Shown here piece by piece: positions 25,107-32,000 of a stretch of 32,000 bases of DNA (within the stretch, counting starts at the first letter, position 1; each line of letters opens with the position of its first letter). Under the pieces are notes generated by a model, which saw nothing but the letters and a program-made list of their open reading frames with translations, searched no databases and had not been told where the DNA came from. Both the position numbers and the translations under genes were made by a program. The stretch is from Nonlabens ponticola (GTDB lineage Bacteria; Bacteroidota; Bacteroidia; Flavobacteriales; Flavobacteriaceae): assembly GCF_003966335.1 (NCBI RefSeq), contig NZ_CP034549.1, forward strand, positions 1,020,001-1,052,000, read 5' to 3'.

Positions 25107-27014
25107 ATGAAAAATTTATTGCTGTTAATCCTTACAGGATTAATATTTCAGTCTGCCACTGCGCAGGATAATCGAAGCCTGATCTCTCTTTTTGTACCAG
25201 CAAATTTGAAGGAAAATGCAAATGCCGCCGTGCGTGACTATGATATTGTTGTGACCATTGAATCTCAGGATAAAGTCGTTATTGAAGAGAAACGGGTGGT
25301 GTCGGTATTCAATGAGTCTGGAATGAATAGTGTGGATGCTTTTCAGCACTACAGTGAATCCCTTGATATTCTAAATCTCAAGGCAACCATCTATGATGCT
25401 TTGGGTAATGAGATTGACGAGTTTAAAGAACGTGATTTCAAGGATGGAAGCGCTGTTAGTAACGGTACTCTATATAGTGACGCACGTGTAAAATATTTAG
25501 AATATACACCACGTAAATATCCTTTAACCATTGTTTTTGAATCTCGTGTCAAGAGCAGTAATACGGCATTCATTCCTAGCTGGACTCCTATATCAAACCG
25601 GTATGAGAGTGTTGAGTCGAGCACTTATAAAATCATCAATGAGACTGATATAAAGCTGAAAGAAAGGCAATTGAACTTTGAAAGTTATGACGTTGAGACC
25701 TTAGGAGATTTTCAATATAAACTTACCAATGCTCCCGCGTTACCTAGAGAAGTTTATCAGCCTTCTTTAATGAATGTAGTTCCACGAGTTAAGGTTGCAT
25801 TGAGTCAGTTTGAAATGATAGGCGTCAAAGGGGTGAACAACGATTGGAAAGATTTTGGTAAGTGGATGTATGATGAGTTGATTAATGGAAGACAGGAATT
25901 ACCACAAGAGGTTATTGATGAGGTGAATTCAATTACCCAAAATGCTACCAGCGATCTTGAAAAAGCAAAGATCATTTATGATTACATGCAAAAGCGTTCA
26001 AGATACATAAGTGTGCAGGTAGGTATAGGTGGTTGGATGCCGATAGAAGCGCAAGAGGTTCATAAAATGTCATATGGCGATTGTAAAGGACTTACTAATT
26101 ATACTATGGCTCTACTGGATCAAGTAGGCGTTCAATCCAACTATGCGGCAATTTATGGCGGTAGAGAAAAACGCAGTATGGATCCCGATTTCTCTATGCT
26201 TGAAGGGAATCATGTTATCCTGTATCTACCAAATTTGGATAATGATAAAGATTACTGGCTTGAGTGTACTAGTACAACAGCGCCATTTGGCTACCTAGGA
26301 GATTTTACAGACGATCGCCACGCATTGATTGTGAAGGCTGATGGCGGCGAGCTCAAGAAAACTACTTCATACGCGACTCAAGATAATCAGCAACATGTCA
26401 CTGGCGCCGTTAAAGTTCATAGCGACGGTACTGCACAGGCAAAAGTAAAAATAAGTAGCATAGGTGTTCAGTACGACTGGCGTTCAGGTGTATTGAGAGA
26501 AAACCTTAGCGCTCAAAAAGATCGATATCTGGATAATTGGAATCATTTGAATGGGTTGTCGATAAATCAAATTAATCACATTGAGGATAAAGACGCGATA
26601 AGATTAGATGAGCAATTAGAGGTGGAAATTGACAAGTTTGGAACTAAAATGGGCAATTTAATTCTGTTTTATCCTGTCATGTTTAATCGATTTAGCGATG
26701 AGCTACCTGAAGACTCGAGCCGTATACAACCTATTTCCATCGAGCGTGGTTATGTTGATGAAGACTCGTACGCGTTGGAGTTAGATGAAGATTTAGTAGT
26801 TGATGGATTACCCAATAATGTCGAAGTACAATCAGATTTTGGCAGCTATGAATTAGATTTTGTAAACGAAGAAAATCGTATTCAAGTGACTAGAAAACTT
26901 ACTATCAATGAAGGGACTTTTCCTGCAGATAGGTATGAGGAATATCGTGAATTTAGAAATGCTGTTGTAGCTGGCGACAATGCTCGTGCTGCGCTCAAAA
27001 AGATTAAAAAGTAA
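25107..27014 (+). CDS. secreted DUF3857 + transglutaminase-like cysteine protease-fold protein
   Basis: Signal peptide MKNLLLLILTGLIFQSATAQ. Transglutaminase-core-like YGDCKGLTNY (Cys), GNHVILY (His) and WLECTS. Confidence 0.65.
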   Translation: MKNLLLLILTGLIFQSATAQDNRSLISLFVPANLKENANAAVRDYDIVVTIESQDKVVIEEKRVVSVFNESGMNSVDAFQHYSESLDILNLKATIYDALGNEIDEFKERDFKDGSAVSNGTLYSDARVKYLEYTPRKYPLTIVFESRVKSSNTAFIPSWTPISNRYESVESSTYKIINETDIKLKERQLNFESYDVETLGDFQYKLTNAPALPREVYQPSLMNVVPRVKVALSQFEMIGVKGVNNDWKDFGKWMYDELINGRQELPQEVIDEVNSITQNATSDLEKAKIIYDYMQKRSRYISVQVGIGGWMPIEAQEVHKMSYGDCKGLTNYTMALLDQVGVQSNYAAIYGGREKRSMDPDFSMLEGNHVILYLPNLDNDKDYWLECTSTTAPFGYLGDFTDDRHALIVKADGGELKKTTSYATQDNQQHVTGAVKVHSDGTAQAKVKISSIGVQYDWRSGVLRENLSAQKDRYLDNWNHLNGLSINQINHIEDKDAIRLDEQLEVEIDKFGTKMGNLILFYPVMFNRFSDELPEDSSRIQPISIERGYVDEDSYALELDEDLVVDGLPNNVEVQSDFGSYELDFVNEENRIQVTRKLTINEGTFPADRYEEYREFRNAVVAGDNARAALKKIKK

Positions 27015-27021
27015 ATTATTT

Positions 27022-28998
27022 ATGAATAGATTTTTAACTATCGGCCTGATCATTTTTGCTGGAATACTGTCTGTAGAGGCACAGGATTATGAATTTGGAG
27101 AGGTGCAATTGTCAGATTTTGAACAAACTTATGAGGATGCAGATGATATTCCAGATGCAGAAGTCTTATACCGCAAGGAGCACATCCAATGGACCTTGTC
27201 TGACGTAGGTCTCTATCAATATCGTAATGTTCATGAACGCATATTGATCAATAATGAATCTGGATATGATTATGCCACTAAAAAAGTGAGATTGTATAAT
27301 GAAACCTCAAAGGCACGTGAGAAACTTACTAAACTTAAGGGACGTACCTACAATATTGTAGATGGAGAGATAGAAGAACAAAAATTGAGAAGCGACAATG
27401 AGTTTGAGAGAGATATAAGTGAAAACTGGAAAGAAGAGAGTTTTACCATGCCAGGTGTACGCGCAGGATCTATCATTGAATACAGTTATAGTATCCGCTC
27501 ACCTTTTGGTAGCATCGATGATGTGATTATTCAATATGATATACCTATAAGAAAGTTGGATATCAATGTAGGCTTGCCCAAATATTATATCTATGAAGTT
27601 CAATTCAACCCATATGCGGTTTATGTTCCTAAAATTGCAGGAGAAGATCAAGAAAGTTGGAGACGTTCAAGCGGTGGTGCATCACAGTATGAATTGAGTG
27701 ATAGGTCTCTAATTCTCGATACCGAGAATATTCCAGCGTTGAAGGATGAGCCAATGACCAAGAATCTAGAAAATTACCGATCAAAAATAATCATTGAAAG
27801 AGCTGGTAATCGTTTTCCAGGTGAGCCTATTCAGATGTTTTCATCTACATGGGAGCAAGTAGCAAAGTCAATTTATAAACTAGAAAAATTTGGCGGTGAA
27901 TTGAGGAAATCTCGTTTTTTCAAGGATGATTTAGAAGTGATTGAACAAAAATATACGGGTAATGTTGAGAAGCTTGCCGCTATTCTAGATCATGTTCAAT
28001 CTACGGTAAAATGGAATAACTATGTTGGTGTTACAGCCCAAAACGGTATTAAAGATGCCTATAAAAGTGGATCAGGCAACGTTGCAGACATCAATTTGCT
28101 GCTTGTGTCCATGTTGAGAGAAGCTGGTTATAGCGCAAATCCAGTCCTGGTAAGTTCACGTGATAACGGGATACCGCTGTTTCCTACTAGAAACGGTTTC
28201 AACTATGTTATTGCCCACGTTGATATGGATGGTAAAAACATCCTGCTGGACGCGACTGATGTGAATACAGGAATCAATAGCCTGCCTTTACGCGCTGTAA
28301 ACTGGCAAGGTCGTCTTATCCAAAAAAATGGGAACTCTCAACCTATAAGTCTAGAACTAGGGATTTTCTCCAAAGAAATAAGTATGGTCAATGTCGATTT
28401 CAATGAAGATATGACGTTGACGGGAACGCTCAAGAAACGATATACTGATTATACGGCATACAGATTTAGAGATCGTTACCGCGGGCATGTCGATAGTGAT
28501 ATAATCAAGTACATTGAAGGCGATACTCGAGGTTTCAAGATTGATTCTTTAGAGGTAGAGAATATGAATAAGCCTGGCAAGCCACTCAACGTAAGCTGCA
28601 ACGTTACTTATGAAAACGCTGTAGAGCAAATAGGAGATAAGATTTACCTTACACCACTTTTACATGAAGCGCTTAGCGAGAACCCATTCAAGCTGGAATC
28701 ACGTACCTTGCCTATAGATTTGGTCTATCCACAGCAGACTAATGTAATCATAAATGTGAATATTCCAGAAGGTTATGAGATCGCATCCATGCCAGATAAT
28801 ACCCAATACAACTTCAACAACGGTATAGCGTCTTATAAAATGGTTGCTCAAGAAACAAACAATCGCATCTCAATAAATGCACAATTCACCATGACACAAA
28901 ATAATGTGTTGCCTAAGGATTATTCCTCATGGAGAGAATTTTTTAGTGCGATCGTTGATAAAGATGCAGAAAAAATAGTACTTAAAAAAGTGTCATGA
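27022..28998 (+). CDS. secreted DUF3857/DUF3858-type transglutaminase-like protein lacking the nucleophile Cys
   Basis: I prefer ATG 27022 (MNRFLTIGLIIFAGILSVEAQ signal peptide) over the ORF-track start 26980, which overlaps the previous gene. The equivalent core reads GSGNVADIN (no Cys), while FNYVIAHV and LLDATD are kept. Confidence 0.6.
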   Translation: MNRFLTIGLIIFAGILSVEAQDYEFGEVQLSDFEQTYEDADDIPDAEVLYRKEHIQWTLSDVGLYQYRNVHERILINNESGYDYATKKVRLYNETSKAREKLTKLKGRTYNIVDGEIEEQKLRSDNEFERDISENWKEESFTMPGVRAGSIIEYSYSIRSPFGSIDDVIIQYDIPIRKLDINVGLPKYYIYEVQFNPYAVYVPKIAGEDQESWRRSSGGASQYELSDRSLILDTENIPALKDEPMTKNLENYRSKIIIERAGNRFPGEPIQMFSSTWEQVAKSIYKLEKFGGELRKSRFFKDDLEVIEQKYTGNVEKLAAILDHVQSTVKWNNYVGVTAQNGIKDAYKSGSGNVADINLLLVSMLREAGYSANPVLVSSRDNGIPLFPTRNGFNYVIAHVDMDGKNILLDATDVNTGINSLPLRAVNWQGRLIQKNGNSQPISLELGIFSKEISMVNVDFNEDMTLTGTLKKRYTDYTAYRFRDRYRGHVDSDIIKYIEGDTRGFKIDSLEVENMNKPGKPLNVSCNVTYENAVEQIGDKIYLTPLLHEALSENPFKLESRTLPIDLVYPQQTNVIINVNIPEGYEIASMPDNTQYNFNNGIASYKMVAQETNNRISINAQFTMTQNNVLPKDYSSWREFFSAIVDKDAEKIVLKKVS

Positions 28999-29321
28999 GT
29001 ATCAAGAAATCTCAAGAACAAGTGGACGCCTGGATTAAAAACCATGGCATTCGCTATTTTAACGAGCTTACCAATATGGCTCAGCTAACCGAAGAGGTTG
29101 GTGAAGTTGCACGTATCATTGCCAGACGATATGGCGAGCAGTCTGAGAAGGAAAGCGATAAAATAAAAGACCTAGGTGAGGAACTGGCAGATGTTATGTT
29201 TGTCGTCCTATGTCTAGCCAACCAGACAGGAATTGACCTGCAAGAAGCTTTTGATAAAAAACTAGAGATCAAAACGCAGCGTGACCATGATCGTCATCTT
29301 AATAACGAGAAGCTCAAATAA
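28995..29321 (+). CDS. MazG-like nucleotide pyrophosphohydrolase (small, single domain)
   Basis: EEVGEVARII ... EELADVMFVVLCLAN..GIDL pattern (EExxE...ExxD) in a 108-aa protein. ATGA overlap with the upstream gene. Confidence 0.7.
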   Translation: MSIKKSQEQVDAWIKNHGIRYFNELTNMAQLTEEVGEVARIIARRYGEQSEKESDKIKDLGEELADVMFVVLCLANQTGIDLQEAFDKKLEIKTQRDHDRHLNNEKLK

Positions 29322-29323
29322 AC

Positions 29324-30565
29324 ATGAGATTACAGCTACAGGCGAGCTCATCGCAACAAGAGCAAACTCCAATAATCAATATTACAGGATCAAAAAGTGA
29401 GAGCAACCGCCTATTGATCTTGCAGCAATTGTTTCCTAACCTGCAGATTAAGAACCTATCCACTAGTGATGATACGCAGCATTTACAGGAAGCCCTTGAA
29501 TCAACAAACGAGATTCTAGACATAGGTCATGCAGGCACTGCCATGCGGTTTATCACTGCACTCATGGCAAGTAGCGACCTACAGAGAACAGTAACAGGTA
29601 GCGACCGCATGAAGCAGCGACCTATTGGGATTTTGGTCGATGCATTGAGATACTTGGGCGCGCAAATTGATTATGTAGAGAATGAAGGTTTCCCGCCATT
29701 GAAAATTAAGGGTAATCAACTTCATGGTGGTGAAGTCACCATGGATGCTGGTGTTTCTAGCCAGTTCTTAAGCGCCTTGCTGCTGGTAGCGCCACGGTTT
29801 GAGAATGGCTTGACCTTAAGGCTTTCAGGCAAATTGACTTCACGCCCCTATCTAGAAATGACGACAGGATTGATGCAACTTTTAGGTCTTGATGTAACGT
29901 TTGAAGGCCAAGTCATCAAGGTCAAACATCAATCACATATCACCGATCGGGAAATTGTTGTAGAATCAGACTGGAGTAGCGCTGGTTACTGGTATAGTTG
30001 GGTGGCGATGCAGCCAGCTGGCTACAGTGTGCAGCTCAATTCTTATAAGGACAGCAGTTTACAGGGCGATCGTGCACTGGTTGAGATATATGAGAAATTG
30101 GGTGTGCAAACCACCTTTAATTTGACAGGAATCGTGCTCACGTGCATGACCGATTTTGAACCGCCGCACTATCTGGAATTTGATCTCACGTCACAACCTG
30201 ATCAAGCGCAAACAATCTTTGCTACTTGTTTGGGGCTTGGTATCAATTTGAAAATGAAAGGTTTGCATACTCTTAGAATCAAAGAAACAGACCGTATAAA
30301 GGCAATGGATGTTGTTGGGTCACGCTTTCGCGAAAGCAAAATTCTAACAACCACCGATACCATAGAAATAACATTCTCTCCAGATTCTAGCATTACACAA
30401 GAGTTCATCGTGGACACCTACCAAGATCACCGTATGGCACTAGCCTTTGCACCACTATGCTGCAAGACGACCGTGATAATTAACGATGCAGATGTGGTTA
30501 CTAAAAGCTATGGCGAGTATTATAAGGATCTGGCTGCCGTAAAGGTCGATATAACAGAAATTTAA
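29324..30565 (+). CDS. aroA: 3-phosphoshikimate 1-carboxyvinyltransferase (EPSP synthase)
   Basis: GSKSESNRLLIL, GHAGTAMRF, RPIG and KETDR motifs. 413 aa. Confidence 0.85.
   Translation: MRLQLQASSSQQEQTPIINITGSKSESNRLLILQQLFPNLQIKNLSTSDDTQHLQEALESTNEILDIGHAGTAMRFITALMASSDLQRTVTGSDRMKQRPIGILVDALRYLGAQIDYVENEGFPPLKIKGNQLHGGEVTMDAGVSSQFLSALLLVAPRFENGLTLRLSGKLTSRPYLEMTTGLMQLLGLDVTFEGQVIKVKHQSHITDREIVVESDWSSAGYWYSWVAMQPAGYSVQLNSYKDSSLQGDRALVEIYEKLGVQTTFNLTGIVLTCMTDFEPPHYLEFDLTSQPDQAQTIFATCLGLGINLKMKGLHTLRIKETDRIKAMDVVGSRFRESKILTTTDTIEITFSPDSSITQEFIVDTYQDHRMALAFAPLCCKTTVIINDADVVTKSYGEYYKDLAAVKVDITEI
30324..30337. repeat. 14-bp perfect palindrome GCTTTCGCGAAAGC, inside aroA
   Basis: Read directly. 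Translated as R-F-R-E-S-K (second frame). Confidence 0.95.
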
Positions 30566-30577
30566 GCAGCGATTTAC

Positions 30578-30609
30578 TTGACAACCCCTATGTCCAGATT
30601 GTATATTTG
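30578..30609 (+). promoter_or_regulatory. candidate Bacteroidota sigma-A promoter (TTG - N21 - TATATTTG)
   Basis: TATATTTG at 30602-30609 fits the TAnnTTTG -7 consensus exactly. TTG is at 30578-30580. It lies 25 nt upstream of the queA ATG. Confidence 0.4.
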
Positions 30610-30633
30610 CAACTCAAAAATTAAACGTATTTA

Positions 30634-31686
30634 ATGAAATTATCACAATTCGGTTACAAGCTCCCGGAAGAGTTTATCGCAAAATATCCAGCTGAAAATA
30701 GGGATGAGTCAAAGCTGATGGTACTGCACAAGTCCACTGGTAAAATCGAGCACAAAGTCTTTAAGGACGTCATCGATTATTTTGACGAGAAAGACGTTTT
30801 TGTGATGAATGATACCAAGGTTTTTCCTGCCAGATTATACGGTAACAAGGAGAAGACAGGTGCGCGTATTGAGGTGTTCCTTTTACGTGAATTGAACCCT
30901 ACTACTAAGCTTTGGGACGTCTTAGTCGACCCAGCTAGAAAAATACGTATAGGTAATAAACTATACTTTGGCGAGGATGAGAGTCTGGTGGCTGAGGTTA
31001 TTGACAACACAACTTCAAGAGGTAGAACTTTACGTTTTTTATATGACGGTACTTATGAGGAGTTTAGAAAAAAGCTTAAGGATCTAGGTGAGACTCCATT
31101 ACCACGTGAGCTAGAACGTGAGGTAGAAGAATCAGATACTGAAAGATACCAGACCATTTATGCAGCAAATGAAGGAGCTGTCGCAGCGCCAGTTGCTGGA
31201 TTACACTTTTCTCGTCACTTATTGAAGCGACTAGAAATCAAAGGTGTCAATGTTGCTACGGTAACTATGCACATAGGCTTAGGAACTTTTGCTCCAGTTG
31301 AGGTTGAAGATCTTTCTAAGCACAAGATGGACAGCGAGCAAGCTTTTATTACAGAGCCTACGGTCGCGATGGTCAACGAGGCGATAGACAATAAGCGCAA
31401 CATTTGTGCGGTAGGTACGACTACCATGAGATCGCTTGAAAGTGCCGTAAGTAGTGACGGTCACTTGAATACGTACGAAGGCTGGACCAATAAATTTATC
31501 TTTCCGCCGTATGATTTCTCTATAGCAAATAGCATGATTACAAACTTTCACCATCCTAAATCTACTTTGATGATGCAGGCAGCTGCGTTTGCAGGTTATG
31601 ATTTCTTGAAGGAAGCTTATGATGTAGCGATGAAAGAGGGCTATAAGTTCAGTACGTATGGCGATGCTATGTTGATTTTAGAATAA
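30634..31686 (+). CDS. queA: S-adenosylmethionine:tRNA ribosyltransferase-isomerase
   Basis: N-terminal [30 protein letters not shown], plus [10 protein letters not shown] and NFHHPKSTL motifs typical of QueA. Confidence 0.9.
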   Translation: MKLSQFGYKLPEEFIAKYPAENRDESKLMVLHKSTGKIEHKVFKDVIDYFDEKDVFVMNDTKVFPARLYGNKEKTGARIEVFLLRELNPTTKLWDVLVDPARKIRIGNKLYFGEDESLVAEVIDNTTSRGRTLRFLYDGTYEEFRKKLKDLGETPLPRELEREVEESDTERYQTIYAANEGAVAAPVAGLHFSRHLLKRLEIKGVNVATVTMHIGLGTFAPVEVEDLSKHKMDSEQAFITEPTVAMVNEAIDNKRNICAVGTTTMRSLESAVSSDGHLNTYEGWTNKFIFPPYDFSIANSMITNFHHPKSTLMMQAAAFAGYDFLKEAYDVAMKEGYKFSTYGDAMLILE

Positions 31687-31710
31687 TATTTTATATACAG
31701 TGATAGTTAG

Positions 31711-31742
31711 AACCCTTTATGCAATAGTATAAAGGGTTTTAC
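31711..31742 (+). terminator. intrinsic terminator after queA
   Basis: 10-bp perfect stem AACCCTTTAT / ATAAAGGGTT (31711-31720 / 31729-31738), an 8-nt loop, then TTTT. Confidence 0.65.
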
Positions 31743-31784
31743 GATTGCTTATTGTACCTTAACGTTCCCTATCTTCCTATAATT

Positions 31785-32000
31785 ATGAAGTTTGTATCCC
31801 TAATATTTGTATTTGCTGTAATCGCAAGCCTACGCGTACAAGCACAGGTAACTAATGAGGTAACGCCACCTAGCTGGTCATTAACTGCAAAAAGTGAGGT
31901 TGCACCAATTGTTCTTCCTGCGATAGACGTGGATAAATTGTTGTTGGAAGATGAACAATCTTCAAATAATATCGCAAAGCCGTTACGTATAGGTGAGGCG
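31785..32000 (+). CDS. secreted protein, N-terminal fragment (runs off window)
   Basis: ATG 31785 gives MKFVSLIFVFAVIASLRVQAQ, a signal peptide, and the frame stays open to the window end (72 codons). Function is not assignable from this fragment. Confidence 0.5.
   Translation, partial: MKFVSLIFVFAVIASLRVQAQVTNEVTPPSWSLTAKSEVAPIVLPAIDVDKLLLEDEQSSNNIAKPLRIGEA

Noticed and set aside
26980-27021. Upstream extension of the second transglutaminase-like ORF (track start 26980), and likewise of cysD (track start 4853).
   Set aside because: The extensions overlap the preceding genes and encode non-signal, non-conserved residues. The internal ATGs (27022 and 4910) give a clean signal peptide and the canonical CysD N-terminus respectively.
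505-30337. Could the repeated palindromes be a CRISPR array or IS inverted repeats?
   Set aside because: The copies are kilobases apart with irregular spacing and mostly lie inside conserved genes. No cas, transposase or integrase gene is in the window.

Overview
The window is chromosomal and mostly housekeeping or biosynthetic. It looks like a marine Flavobacteriaceae (Bacteroidota) genome, judged from a gldA-like ABC ATPase, DUF2911/DUF2807/DUF3857 families, a split MetH and TAnnTTTG-type promoter boxes; the taxon is inference. Gene order, left to right: (1) metY-metX-hom. (2) An Rrf2 regulator, DUF2061, cysH-like, cysD and cysN. (3) A TrxR-type ferredoxin-NADP reductase overlapping an adrenodoxin-type 2Fe-2S ferredoxin. 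(4) A SAM-I riboswitch, then metH split into two ORFs, then metF. (5) A PagL-like outer-membrane protein, a DUF2807 lipoprotein, DUF2911 and a TruA-like synthase. (6) A DUF6364/PIN toxin-antitoxin pair. (7) A gldA-like ABC ATPase. (8) An aromatic amino-acid operon (pheA, aminotransferase, tyrA, DAHP synthase/chorismate mutase) preceded by an F/W/Y-rich leader peptide and an attenuator. (9) rsgA and dtd. (10) Two secreted transglutaminase-like proteins, a MazG-like protein, aroA and queA. I saw no rRNA, tRNA, CRISPR array, transposase or integrase. The most unusual signals are repeats, not genes. A perfect palindrome GCTTTCGCGAAAGC, extended to 16-22 bp in some copies, occurs orders of magnitude more often than chance. 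Most copies lie in frame inside conserved genes and are usually read as AFAKA. A 59-bp composite element carries half of that palindrome plus its own hairpin. It is present as two identical inverted copies, and both are translated: one in dtd, one in the signal-peptide region of the PagL-like gene. Degenerate heptanucleotide arrays directly after stop codons form a second unexplained repeat class.
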